A DNA stretch of 64,000 nt, from positions 9,796,001 through 9,860,000 of the forward strand of contig NC_043018.1 in NCBI RefSeq assembly GCF_006345805.1, written 5' to 3'. The position numbers were made by a program, and so were the translations under genes. Source of the stretch: Octopus sinensis. Its lineage: Eukaryota. A model generated the notes under the pieces. The model ran no database searches, was not told where the DNA came from, and was given only the letters and a program-made list of their open reading frames with translations. This document shows positions 12,311 to 25,629 of the stretch, in pieces. Within the stretch, counting starts at the first letter, position 1. Each line of letters opens with the position of its first letter.

Positions 12311-13441
12311 ACACGTACATATGTATATATATATATGTAAGTTTATAAAAGAATTTTATAAACTTTTAACAGTATGAAATAATTCATTTTTGGAAGAGTG
12401 GATCTTGAAGTACACACACAGCTATATATGATAGCATTTAGATATTCATTTTTTTTCCAGTCCAATATCTACATGCTATTATCTATAACTTTAAGTTGGC
12501 ATTAGGAAGGGCATCCAGCTGTAGAAAAAATGCCAGATCAGACTGGAGCCTGGTGCAGCCTCCTGGCTTCCCAAACCTCTGTCGAACCATCCAACCCATG
12601 CTAGCATGGAAAAAGGACGTTAAACGATGATGTTATGTATATATTAATGTATGTATGTATGTATAAACTTATGTATAGACACCCGATTCACTTATACACC
12701 CACACACTCTAGTATGCACATTTTGCCAAGATGCTTTTATGCACACTGTTGAGTGCATTATCTGAAAATTTTGTTGTATTTGTGATTGTTGAGCATTTCA
12801 AAGGAAATTCATTAATGAAAATGACCGAAACCTTTGGCAATATATTGTGTTTGAAAAGACCTCTCAAACCAAGTGAGATCGTAGTCGTAGCCAATGCTGG
12901 TGTTTCATAACTTGCATGTAAAAAGCATCCACTACACTCTTGGAGTGGTTGGTATTAGGAAGCGCATCCAGCTGTAGAAATCTTGCCAGATCACAATTGG
13001 AACTGGTTACACCTCCCTGGCTTACCATTTTTCAGTTAAACTGTCCAACCCATGCCAGCATGGAGAATGGACGTTAAATGATGATGCTGATAACTATCCG
13101 TATTTTTACACCATGGAGCTTTGCTATAATCAGCGAAATGAGTGATGGAGAAGAATTTAGCAGGAGTCATTATGAGGAAAGCTGCACCAAAGACATAGTT
13201 ACATACTTAATATTCATTTTTACTCTGTAATAGTGAATCTGGAAGTGTGTGTGTGCGTGTGTATATCATCATTGTTTAGTATCCGCTTTCCATGCTAGCA
13301 TGGGTTGGACATACCTACATATATATGTATATATACATGCATATATGGATACAGGACATTGAAAAAACTTTGAACACAATGAGAAATGAAATCATAAAAA
13401 CAACATTTTTTTGAACAACGAAATATATATACATATATATA

Positions 13442-13472
<31 letters not shown>

Positions 13473-13794
13473 GTATAGCTCCCATGTAACGGTTGATATC
13501 TGCACACTGCAATTGTGAACTAGCAGTAAGTATACATAGCTACTTGGTGCACATACGCACACACACACACACACACACACACTTTAACATTGTATATAGT
13601 TGGCTTATGTGTGTGTATACACACTCTGACAATGAAGCTAACAGCATGAGTCTCAAATAAATCCATTTTGTTCCAAATCTAAATTTCAAACAAAAATAAA
13701 TTTCCATTGGAATATTAATTTTGAATAAACACCTGAACTTTAAAGTGAAGATCTCAAATATGAAATTAATCGAAGGATTTTAATTATGTTTCAG

Positions 13795-13950
13795 TCCAAT
13801 TTAAATGAGACCCAAGTAAAAGTTGGAGAAATTGATCATGCCATTGAGAATGTGCTGGGAAGTTTGACTGGCATAAAGACAGACATTGACACCTTGGACG
13901 AGGTGATCGGTGACCCCAAATGTATTGAAACCCAGCTGAAAAAGCTTCAG
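13795..13950 (+). CDS. MACF1/DST: Spectraplakin exon 7 (SNLNETQVKVG...GDPKCIETQLKKLQ), phase 0-0
   Basis: tttcAG acceptor, GTATGG donor; GDPK.IE.QL motif as in MACF1/DST rods. Confidence 0.93.
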
Positions 13951-14421
13951 GTATGGATTATTTTTTTATATATTTACATTGAATAATTATTGCCCGTTTG
14001 TGTTCCATCTTTGAGTCTAGGTGTGACTGAGCTGCAGCAGGGATGGTCATGTGGTTAAGATGCTTGCTTTCTAACTACTTGGCTTCAAGTTCAGTCCCAC
14101 TGGGTGGCACCTTGGTTGAGTACAATCTACTAGAGCTCTAGGCCACCCAACACCTTGTGAGTGGATTTGGTAGATGGAAACTGAAAGAAGCCTATCATAC
14201 GTATATGCATACGGATAGTTGCATCCATGTCAGTGACAAGCTGTAAAAGGGAGACTAAGTGACCCCTTCCATCTTGGAGCAGATGCTAGAAACTGTTTGG
14301 CTTTCTGTGCCAGAGATTTGGTGGAGATGTCGGCAGCAGGACGTTGGATAACTGACAAGATGGAGGAGTCTTTGATTGATGTCTTGAAGGTTTATTGCTG
14401 CCAAGTGGAAGATCTATGTCA

Positions 14422-14957
14422 CGCTGGTGAGACCCATATTGGAGTATGGGATTCAAGCCTCTTCTCCTTATCTCCTCAAAGACATACGTCATCTCGAAAG
14501 AGTCCAGAAGCTGGCTACCCGCATGGTTCTTGATCTCAAGTATTTGTCTTATGAAGAAAGGCTGAAGATGCTCGACCTTTATTCTCTAGAAAAACGTCGC
14601 CGCCGTGGTGATCTCATTCTTGCTCACAACATCATTAGCGGAAAGTGTAACCTCTCGAAAGAGCTGTTCTTCACTCCTGCTCCAGAACGTCAGCTGCGGG
14701 GTCACTCCGAAAAGCTCTATCTGCGACAATTTCATCTCAATCGAAGGAGAGGGACTTTCTCTGTCCGGGTTGTGGATCCGTGGAATAAGCTGCCGGACGA
14801 GATGGTAGAGATGCCGACGACCGCTCGGTTCAAAGTCGCTCTTGACCAGAAATGGCCTGGACTCTTTGCATGAACACCCTCCCTGTACATAACTCCATGT
14901 CCCCCTACATGGCCTTGCTTTTTGCTTTTTGAGCCAAAAAATTAACTTAACTTAATT
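14422..14957 (+). mobile_element. 5'-truncated CR1-clade LINE (RT C-terminus + 3'UTR)
   Basis: RPILEYGIQASSPY..KDI..LERVQ..LSYEERL..RRRGDLI..RGH..RVVDPWNKLP motifs; 3' stem-loop CCATGT/ACATGG 14895-14912; (TAACT)n tail; 10-bp TSD ATCTATGTCA 14412-14421 / 14958-14967. Confidence 0.9.
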
Positions 14958-15075
14958 ATCTATGTCATCAGACAATGATCAGGTATCAATTTGCAAATGA
15001 GTTGCTACTCTGGGGCAGTCTCACCATCAACCATGCTCGTTATACTCTTCTACACCATTTGGTACTTGGCATGAA

Positions 15076-15154
15076 GGTGGTGGGGGTGCTGCCAGCTGCC
15101 TTACTCACTGACCAATGTTCAGTGAGTAAGGCAGTTGGCGGCACCCCCACCACC
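15076..15154 (+). other. 36-bp hairpin with 7-nt loop
   Basis: Arms 15076-15111 / 15119-15154 pair fully on the + strand with two G.U wobbles. Confidence 0.9.
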
Positions 15155-15899
15155 ATGCTTTAATGTATCATATTAGAGGGCAAATTGTAGCAGAGAGTGA
15201 GTTCGAAAATGGTCAAAATATATACGTCTTATGATCCACTTCACTCTAACAATGTCTTTCTTAAAAAATATGAGTGAAAATTGATTCTAGATTTAGTATG
15301 GTGTCACGTAAATACCATTCAGTTCGTTCTGAAGTGGTTGGCGTTAATAAAAGCATCCAGCTGTAGAAACCATACCAGACATTCGGAGCCTGGTGCAACT
15401 CTCTGGCTGGCCAGCTCTAGTCAAACTGTCCTACCCATGCCAGCATGGAAAACGGACGCTAATTGATGCTGATGATGCAATTAATTAAAGTCTTAGAATA
15501 GTTATTTGGCTAAGATTGACAAACAGATGTTTTCCTTCAAAAATTATACTCAAACAGATTGTAGAATCAACACGGTGGGAGATTTAATACCGTACTGTAC
15601 ATAGTTATTTCCCTTTGTGTTCAGTTCATACTCAGTTCTCTCCCATTATATCCGAGTAGCAGGACCCGTGGAAATTCCATGGCATAAAAGTCACCAATTT
15701 GAAATCATTATGTCAGTATATAAAAGACAAGCAAGGAGCCTTCAAAATAATTCTTTTGATATTCTGCCATTTAATAAGGTATTGCTTATTTGCCTCCTTG
15801 TAATACGATTGACAGATAAGATGTGCTTTATAGTTTAAGGAAATAAAAGATGAATTAAAAAGATAAAACATTCATATATATTGATTATGAATAAATCAT

Positions 15900-16195
15900 A
15901 TGGAGGCACATGGCCTAGTGGTTAGAGCAGCGGACTCGCGGTCGAGGGATCGTGAGTTCGAATCTCAGACCGGGCGATGTGTGTGTTTATGAGCGAAACA
16001 TCTAAGCTCCACGTGGCTCCGGCAGAAGGTAATGGTGAACTTCTGCTGACTCTTTCACCACAAACTTTCTCTCACTCTTTCCTCCTGCATCTTGCAGCTC
16101 ACCTGCGACAGACCAGTGTCCCGTCCAGGTGGGGAACCTATATGGCAAGGAAACTGACCCTAATGAGCCAGGCGAGGCTTGAGAAGGAACAAACA
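15900..16195 (+). mobile_element. SINE family D head with a different 3' tail
   Basis: Head matches 7258; tail resembles the 3' part of the SINE at 21357-21610. Confidence 0.75.
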
Positions 16196-16410
16196 AGGAA
16201 TAAATCACTATTAATTTTTTGTTAAATGTCTGTCCCTTTCTAGGCTCAATTTTTGTCTCCCATTTTCTTCTGGGATTGGTAAAATAAAAGTAATCGTCAG
16301 ATGTCGAAGTAGAATTACTTGTCTGTACTTGTTTCCTACAGCCTAATTTGTGGCTGGATGTCTATGTTTGGAATAGTTTATTTATTCTTTTTTCATGTTC
16401 AATATTCCAG

Positions 16411-16605
16411 CTGATCCAAGACGATGTAAAGAACCAAAGCTTAACAACTTCCAAGTTAAAGAATGCTGTTGATAATTTGATCTCAAGATCTGGTGATGCT
16501 GATTCCCCTCTTCAGCACAAGACAAATCAGGTTTCTAAATTGTTAAGAGAAGTTGAAATCAAAACTAAAGATCAAGAAAACAAACTTCAAGAAACCCTTC
16601 GTTAT
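16411..16605 (+). CDS. MACF1/DST: Spectraplakin exon 8 (LIQDDVKNQ...KLQETLRY), phase 0-0
   Basis: ttccAG acceptor, GTAAGT donor, 195 nt open. Confidence 0.9.
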
Positions 16606-16612
16606 GTAAGTA

Positions 16613-16659
<47 letters not shown>

Positions 16660-16905
16660 AGTGGCAAGCTGGCGGAATTGTTAACATGCTGGGCGAAATG
16701 CTTAGCAGTATTTCGTTTGTTGCTATGTTCTGAGCTCAAATTTTGCTGAGGTCAACGTTGTCTTTCATCCTTTTGGGATCGATTATATAAATACCAGTTA
16801 CACACTGGGGTTGATGTAATCGACTTAAACCCTTGCCCAAAATTTGAGGCCTTGTGCTCAGAGGAGTGCAGTCTTTATACTATTATACAAGAATATATAT
16901 ATGTA

Positions 16906-16949
<44 letters not shown>

Positions 16950-17359
16950 TTACATACACATACATATAAACAAACACATGTATACATACATAGACAAAGT
17001 TGCACACACACACACACACATAATTTTAGACATTGCATATCTAGGACTACATTATCCTTTGAGTTCTTCACTTTTCGTGTGAGGGCATCATGTAATTTGA
17101 AGAAGATTTGGCTGCTATTTTTGCAGATCAAACAACCATGTAGCAACTATTAGCCATTTCTTGACTAATTTCTTTACATTCCTTATTAAGGGCCAAAGCA
17201 CTCTTGCCTTTGTTGTTGTCATTGGTTCTGGGATCATTTCTTTACTGTTTTGGAAATCCTCACAACCGTGAACCTTAAGATTTTACATAGTCCAAAATAT
17301 TATACATTCTAAAATATATATCTCAAAATAATATAAATTCTACTTTCTCTATAACCTTC

Positions 17360-18880
17360 CACCACGAAAATAAATTCCATGGTTATTTTAATAATGAGGT
17401 TAAATATCTACCAAAATATGGAATTGGTATTTTCCATGCTGTCATGGGTTGGACGGTTTGACTGAGGTCTGGAGAGCCAGCAGCTGCACCAGGTGTCAAT
17501 CTGATCTGGCAATGTTTCTACAGCTGGATGCTCTTCCTAATGCCAATCACTCTGAGAGTGTAGTGGATGCTTTTTATGTGCCACTGACATGGGAGCCAGC
17601 CAGGCGGGCCTGGCATCAATCAAGTTCAGATAGTGCTTTTTATGTGCCACAGGCATGGAAGCCAGTCAAGGGGCACTGGCATCAATCAACTTCAGATAGT
17701 GCTATCTATGTGCCACTGGCACAAGAGCCAGTTTAGGGGGCATTGGCATCGGCCATGTTCAGATGGTGCTTTTTATGTGCCACTGGCATGAGAGCCAGTC
17801 ACGGGGTACTGGCATTGGCCATGTTCAGATGGTGCTTTTTACGTGCCACCAGCACGGGAGCCAGTCAGGGGGCACTGGCATTGAGCGCATTTCAAACCTG
17901 ACATTCTTTAACAAAGGACAAATTGGTATAAAAAACTGATTTCTGCAGATAAGGATAACGAAATTTTCAGTGGGTATTTCTGATTTTGTCTGAAAGGGTT
18001 AGCTACATTCAATAATGTAGTCTTTTATATGTTAGAAATAGCAGCTAAAACTCCCTCAAATCAGAGATTACTGTCTTGATCTTTTCACAGTGAAATTGAA
18101 TTCCACGGTTATTCAACTAACGATGCTAAATATCTACTAAAAAATTGGAATTGGTATTTTCTGCAAGTCCTATTCCCTTAATAAACTTGACATATCACTG
18201 CAAAAAATAGTTCCAAAAAAAAGATCCATGCGTGTATAAAACTGATTTCTACAGTTAAGGGTAATGAAATTTTCAATGGGTTTGTCTGATTTTGTCAGGG
18301 AATGGTTAGTTGCATCCAAAAATGTGGTCCTTAATTTGTTAGAAATAGCAGCCAAATCTCCCTCAAATTAGAGGGTACTGTCTTAACCCACTGACTGCAA
18401 AATTAAATTTTGTGGTTATTCCAATAATGGATGTTAAATATCTACCAAACACAAAAAATTTTTTTTTTCTGCAAGTCGTGTTGCCTTAATAAACTTGATA
18501 TATCTTAACACAAAATAGTTTTAAAAATGGCATTTAAAAAAAAAAAAGACAGATTGGTGCATAACACTGATTTCTGCAGTAAATGGGTTAGTTACATTGA
18601 ATAATGTAGTCCTTAATTTGTTAGAAATAGCAGCCTTATCTTCCTCAAGTCAAAGATTACTGTCTTTAACTGTGAAATTAAATTTCGTGGTTTTTTTTTC
18701 CAATAATGATGATATGCATCTGCCAAAATATAGAATTGGTATTTTCTACAAATTGCACTGCCTTTATAAACTTGACATATCAATAAAAAATACTTTCAAA
18801 CTTGACATTCCTCAACGAAAGATCTGCCTTTCAACTGTTAAAGGTAATGAAATTTTGGGTGGATTTATCGGATTTCTGCT
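17360..18880. repeat. Degenerate ~290-bp tandem satellite, about 4 units, first unit split by a family C insertion
   Basis: Recurrent ggttatt..taaatatctac..taataaacttgaca..ttagaaatagcagc blocks near 17380, 18107, 18414, 18688. Confidence 0.7.
17430..17885 (-). mobile_element. Family C copy with five ~66-bp internal repeats
   Basis: Reverse complement of the family C core followed by repeated tgctttttatgtgccac..ggcactggcat units; interrupts the ~290-bp satellite. Confidence 0.7.
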
Positions 18881-20405
18881 GAAAAAAGGAGAACCACTTT
18901 CTCCTCCTGTCTTTTTTTCTTGGGACACCCTTACTGCCAAAGATCTGTTTGATGTTATCTCCCTCACCCCACCCCCATCACCGATCACATTAATGACACA
19001 TCATTGATGAAACTGTTAATTATTCAGCTATTTTAATTACAGTTCTTCACTAACAACTACTGACTATAATTAGATAAATTCATTTCCAGTATTTCTAATT
19101 AAACACCTGTAATTTGGTATACAACACTGCACTGGAATCACCCTGGTTTGGTTTCCTTTTATTCTCTTCTAAGACTTAGTCAAGTCATTGGTTTAGAATA
19201 TGTTCTACAGAATTCAAAAATAACAAAAGATTTCAAGCATTTTTTTGTTAGGAACTTGCTTTCATTTATTGTTTTTAATTTTTGAGAAGTTACATATTTT
19301 TAATTTATTCATTACCATAATTTTCTGCCACTAAACATTGCTTCAATTAATTTTGAAAATATCAAGAAATTTAATACAATAACCTCGTTATTATTATGCT
19401 GGTGTTTGGACCATAAATTAAGGTTAAATTTTGATGGAAGAAAGTTTTAATTTATATCACTTTAAAGAAGGAAGTTCGTATCACAGAACCAGAGACAGTC
19501 TCAGGTGGGTTGCTATTAAAAGGGTTAAAGACAGTAAGGAATTCGATGAAGGCTAAACTTGACTATTGGTTGCATGGAAGCCAACAATGGTTTCTTATTT
19601 TAAAGTCCTTTTGTTACCATGTTTCGGTTTCAGTTCACGGTTATTCCAATAACGATGTTAAATACTTTCCTTTCAACCAATTTTGAAAGTAATGAAGAAT
19701 TTACTGTAACTTTGAAGATACCCAGTTGGTGTTTGTAACATTAACAGGAAATTTGGGAGAAGGTTTTGATTTGGATCAGTGTAAAACGAGAAGTTTGTAA
19801 CGTAGGACCTGGGGAATCTTGGGCAGGTTGTTAAATGCAAGAATTTAGAAAATATCTTATATTATTTTAAACTCTAATATTCATTCTTATTCTACATAAA
19901 CATCTGAAGGTATGATGCCATGCTGTAAATAATCTAGTCATTAGGCAATATTCCTGAAGAATCATTAAAACACCTGAAAAAAAAAAAAAAGCTTTGCAGT
20001 ATTTGTTCTGGGTTTTTACATTCTGAGTTTCAAATGTTTTTATCAGAAGCAATTATTATTATTTGGCATGGCTCACCTTTAGTTTTTTTTCCTGGAAGAA
20101 TTTATATAACTTTGGATATCCACATGATTTCAATAATTCTTGAACTGTTCAAAACCCATCTGATGATCTTTCCTATTCTCAAGAAGCGAATCTTCTGTGG
20201 AAGCCTTACAGCACATTGCATTATGATTATTATTATTGTTATTATTATTATTATTATTTTATTAATTATACCAGTTATATTGGGTTACAGTTATTCCGTG
20301 ACTAAATTTACTTTCAAGAGAATATATATTTCTTTAAAGAATTCTTTTGATTTTCTTAATGATAATCTTCAATAATTAATATATCTCCTGGTGTTCTGTT
20401 TAAAG

Positions 20406-20534
20406 GTAAAGAAATTCTCTGGTGACGTTGACGATATGCTTCATTGGATTACGGATCTTCGGATGGAACTGAAGTCTCAACCCCCGTTTGGGGCTCTTCC
20501 AGAAACAGCCAGGGGACAACTGGATAACTTCATC
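20406..20534 (+). CDS. MACF1/DST: Spectraplakin exon 9 (VKKFSGDVDDMLHWI...GALPETARGQLDNFI), phase 0-0
   Basis: GALPETAR.QL is a recognisable MACF1/DST/Shot motif; AAG acceptor, GTAAGT donor. Confidence 0.93.
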
Positions 20535-21356
20535 GTAAGTCTTTTCTCCTCTAATTATGTTTTCCACCTTGTTTCATTTAAATTAGACAATTAAATTCAA
20601 ATTGATAATTGCTTTTTTTTTTTCTGTTTTTTTCCCCCTCAATTTCATTTTAATGCTTTAGCACAGAGAATATTCTGTCAAATTTACTGTTTGTTTATTC
20701 ACACTGGAATTAACCATGCATTATCCCATAGGTTTAGATTTTGATGATGTAACTTGAATTTTAGACTGACATTGTAGAGAAGGTGTGAAAGGCAGGAACT
20801 GGCCAGTTTGAACCTAAAACAGAATATTTTGACTGGATATGACCAGCTTAAATACTACAGAGTTAATGAACAAAACATTATTACAATAAATTCAAATTAC
20901 GATGAATGTAAACAAACAAACGAAGTTTGCTTTAGAAGCATTGAGATGTCTTAGAAAGTTAAAGGAAGTGATTTTAAATTCTCAAACGCAGGCTAATGCT
21001 AATAATATAGCCTGAACAGGATAAGCCACCCCTATTTTGCAGAAAAATGTGTTGGCAGCCATCTCATAGCCGGCCACCAACATTATTACAATATAAGAAT
21101 TATTTACGGATAGTTTACTGGGTGGCGCTGGCATTAGTGGGGTCACTTCCTTGGAAATCTCCCTTGTGCTGGTGCCATGAATAAAGCACCTAGTACGTTT
21201 TGTAAAGTGGTTGGTGTTAGGAGGGGCATCCAGCTGTAGAAACTATGCTGAAGCAGACATTGGAGCTTGACACAGTCTCCTTCCTCATTGGAGCCTGTTG
21301 ACCTATCCAGACCAGGCCAGCATGGAACATGGACATTTAATGATGGAGTCAATCAC

Positions 21357-21610
21357 AGTGGAGGTGCATGGCTCAGTGGTTAGGGGCATTGGCCTCATGA
21401 TTGTAATATTGTGGTTTTCATTCCTAGACCAGGCAGTGTGTTGTGTTCTTGAGCAAAACACTTCATTTCACATTGTTCTGGTCTACTCAGATGGTAAAAG
21501 TGAGTAACTCTGTGAAGGACTGGCATTCCATCCAGGAGGGGAATTTATGTCATTGGAAAGCAGGAAACCAGCCCTAATGGGTCGGCATGGCTTGAGAAGA
21601 AAACATTCCC
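21357..21610 (+). mobile_element. tRNA-headed SINE with cttgagcaaaacacttcatttcacattg core
   Basis: Related copies about 42000-42120 and 61977-62220. Confidence 0.65.
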
Positions 21611-22142
21611 TTACTTTACCTCGTTAACCACCCATTTTTGTTGCTTGCAGAGAATTAAGAGCATCATCAGCTTGATAAAAACCTGCTTAAATTATCGATC
21701 CTTGAGGTTTTGTCTTTGAGTTAATGACATTATGTCATGTGATTATTTTCCCTCCTTTCTGTTAGAGAGGCACAAACCCTTTCACACACATCACAGGAAC
21801 TTCTACCTATCAAATTCAATCACAAGGCTTTGGTCAGTTTGAGGCTATAGCAGAAGACACTTGCCCAAGGTGCCACGCAGTGGGACTGAACCTGAAACCA
21901 TGTGGCTGGGAAGCAAATTTCTTAACCACACAGCCATGCCTGTGCCTACAAGCATGGCTGCATTCATACATTGTTATATATAAATAAACTATAACAAGTC
22001 TTTTATACAGGTGTCTGCCACAAGATTTCTACATATAAAAACCATGATAAATATTCCACAGACATTTTTTTTTCCACATAAATGATTTCTTCAGTAGATT
22101 TGAAATTTTATTTCTTGCTTGTTTCTGTTTATTTTCTTTTAG

Positions 22143-22313
22143 AAACGATGTGAAGAACTTGAAATCAAAGAAGATTGTGTCAAATCTCTGCAAATAAATG
22201 GTCAAGACATGATGGATCGATGCCAACCAGAAAACATTTTCCAACTCAGTGAAAAACTGAAGAAGTTACGAGAAAGATGGTACGAAACGAAGAACAGAAC
22301 TCTGAGACGAAGA
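22143..22313 (+). CDS. MACF1/DST: Spectraplakin exon 10 (KRCEELEIKE...RWYETKNRTLRRR), phase 0-0
   Basis: ttttAG acceptor, GTAAGT donor, 171 nt open. Confidence 0.92.
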
Positions 22314-23053
22314 GTAAGTATCTCAGAACAATATTTCTCTTGTGATACATATTATATATATATATATATAGGGTTCACTACAGCTGTTTCAGGCATGTTA
22401 GCATATACACAGATATGCTAATCTTGAACCTAACTTGGGGTCCTTATTATTAAAATACTTTGATTCAAATGAATCATACAAATGATGTATGTATGTGTCT
22501 GCATATGGGTGTGTGACATAAGAATTTGGAGATTTTGAGAGAGAACATGAAATAATTAATTTTTAACTGTGGAACTCTAAGCAGATAAAGCTATAAATAA
22601 CAGTATCTAATTATGGGTTAAAAAGCCCTTTGGATAGAAAAATTTCAAAAGCTACCTATGAGATTTGAACTCACATCTGTAAGCATGACACCAACTTGAG
22701 TATTTCTACACCCTGGTACACATTGATACACATAGACATCTAGATATACACATTGATACACATAGACATCTAGATATACAACTACCTCTAAATATTGTCT
22801 TGAATCCATTTTTTCATGCGTAAATCTTATAAATTCCTCATTATTATATCTTTGATAATATTAATCTCTTTAAGAATGTCTTTAATGCTCTCTCAGTGTT
22901 GTGAATGTTCTTGCTATCACAGATGTTCTTGGCATGATGGATGTCCTTGGCCTGGTCAATGTCCTTGGCCTGGCCGATGTCCTCAGGCGCCGTGAACGTC
23001 TTCAAAAATGTCTTCAGTGTTATAACCATGATGAAATTCTTCTTTTATTCCAG

Positions 23054-23209
23054 GACAAAATGAAAGAACATCTGCAACATGTTGAAGAATTCCACACAAC
23101 TTTAAAGAAATTCTCTGATTGGTTGAACTCGGCTGAAACGTTGATGCGAGGTTTTAAGTTCCCCAGTAAAATCGTGGAGAAAGTTTGTGAACAAATAAAA
23201 GAACATGCT
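23054..23209 (+). CDS. MACF1/DST: Spectraplakin exon 11 (DKMKEHLQHVEEFH...QIKEHA), phase 0-0
   Basis: ttccAG acceptor, GTAAGT donor; F..WL..AE spectrin helix A. Confidence 0.93.
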
Positions 23210-24376
23210 GTAAGTAAATAATAAAATTAACTCGGAATAATTGGTGGAGCATCAGATTTAGTCGCTTGTGCTATTCATTTATAAACCTTTTAGTTCTGAG
23301 TTCAAATCCTGCCCAAGTTAACTTTGTCTTTCATGTTTCTGCAGTCACTGAAACATCGAGGGTCTCCATTGGTCAAGGATGACCTGGCATCTATACATGG
23401 ATGTGCAGATCTTTCATCTTTTATTTGTTTCAGTCATTGGACTGTGGCCATACTGGAGCACCACCTTGAAGGGTTTTTAGTCAAACAAACCAATCCTAAT
23501 ATTTATTTATTTATATTATGTCTCGTATTTATTCTATAGGTCTCTTTTGCTGAACTGCTAAGTTACGGGGATGTAAACAAACCAACACTGGTTCTCAAGT
23601 AGACATGCGCGCACACTCATTTACACTCTCACACACACTCTCCCATATGCACACTCTCTCACACACATACACTTTCACACAAGCACACTCACACATATAC
23701 ACTCTCACACGTGCACACTCACACGCACGCACACTCTCACACACACATGCACTCTCACATGCGCACACTCACACACACATGTACTCTCACGCATGCACTC
23801 GCACACTCACACTCTCGCTCACACACACTCTCTTTCACATTCTCTCTCTCACACACAGTCACAATAGGTTTCCACATAGTTTCCATCTATCAAATCCACT
23901 CACATGGCAATGGGACTGAACCTGAGACCACATGGTTGGCAAGCTAGCTACTTAACCACACAGCCGTGACTGAGCCAAATATTTTTGGGATAAAGATTAA
24001 CAGTTATCCATGTTTATAAGTTTCTCTTCTTTGTGCCACTGATATGCATCCAAGAGAAAGAGCGCCAACTTTGGCTGGTGTCACTTGGAACCATTGTTGC
24101 AGGCATTTCTCTCAGGACCCAAAGAATCCAAGCAGATTCTGTAAGGCATCCCACTCCGACCCTTTAACATTTTCTACCATTGACACGTACTGGATTGGTG
24201 CTTTTTTTTTTAATCAACCCCTGAAAGATGAAGAGCAACTTTGACCTCACTGGGATTTGAACTCGGGATGCAAAGAGACAATAAATACCACAAGGAATGT
24301 GGGGAGACTGAGAAATGACTTGGGGAAAGTAGCATCTGCACACAATATGCATGCGCGTGTGTGTGTGTGTGTGTGT

Positions 24377-24410
<34 letters not shown>

Positions 24411-25115
24411 TGAGGGGCCAAGCTAAATGCAATCATGGTCATGGCTAACCCCAACTGTTGTGACATGTAAAAGGCACTCGTGCCAGTGACACGCAAGAGA
24501 CACCTGTGTCAGTGACACACGGAGAGGCACCCAGTACACTCTGGGGAGTGTTTGGCATTAGGAATGGCATTTATCCATTCAAGCCGAAACAGACTGGGGC
24601 CTGGTGCAGCGCTTCGACTTACCAGCTTCAGTCAACTCGTTTAACTTGTGTGAACATAGGAAATGGATATTAAAGGATATTGTATGCAGATGCTATGTTC
24701 CCAAGTCATTTTCCAGTTTCCCTGCATTCCTTGTGGTATTTCTCTGCACCCTGAGTTCAGATCCCACCGAGGTCAAATTTTGCCCTTTATCATGCATATA
24801 TCTGACTCTTTAGCATTGAAACCATCCATATCTGGCTAAAATATCCCACTTATTTTATGTTCAAACTAGCTAACCTCTCACACCTACCCTACAATGTCAT
24901 TCTAAAAACAAACAATCACATCAAATTCTCAAATTTATTAGACAATTGCATAATTAATTAAAAACAATGTGGATAAATAAGGGTTACATTTGATGAGGTA
25001 ATCTCAATGCTGAAGGGTTCAATTCCTTCCAGCAATATTTCCCAAGAATTAGTTTAACAGTTTTGAGAAGAATTCGTAACAATTTCTGCAATATTCTTTC
25101 ATTTTTGATTTGCAG

Positions 25116-25322
25116 GACTTCAAGAAAGATGTTCAGTCATACACAGAGTGGATGCAGAAGTTGGACCGCACCGGTACCTACTTGAAATATTTTGGTAGAA
25201 AGCAAGACACTATTTACATCAAAAACCTTTTGGTGGGCATAAGGCTGCGATGGAAAAAGCTCTTGAGAAGAACTGACGAGAGGGAACGCCTCTTGCAACA
25301 ATCCTACCACGAAGACAGACGG
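25116..25322 (+). CDS. MACF1/DST: Spectraplakin exon 12 (DFKKDVQS...YFGRKQDTIYIKNLLVGIRLRW...EDRR), phase 0-0
   Basis: LK.F..KQD...IKNLL.....RW motif is diagnostic of the spectraplakin C-terminal rod (recalled family knowledge); canonical splice sites. Confidence 0.96.
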
Positions 25323-25629
25323 GTAAGTAAGAAGGATTCTTTGAAGAACTTGTAATTGAATGATGGCATTAAACAATGGTAATTTATTGAAATAGGAGCA
25401 CAAGGTGTTGCTCCTGATTTATATTTTGGATATTTGTAACCTGTGCCGGTGCCATGTTAAAAGCACCCAATACACTCTGTAAAGTGGTTGGCACTAGGAA
25501 GAGTATACAGCTGCAGAAACCATATCAGAACAGACAAAATGGACCCAGGGCAGCTCTCCAGCTGGCCAACTCCTGTCAAACTATCCAACCCATGCCAGCA
25601 TGGAGAATGAACGTTAAAGGATGATGATA

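Noticed and set aside
14230-14411. Inverted 5' part of the CR1 (twin priming)
   Set aside because: The 10-bp TSD places this segment outside the insertion, and no CR1 motifs were found on its reverse strand
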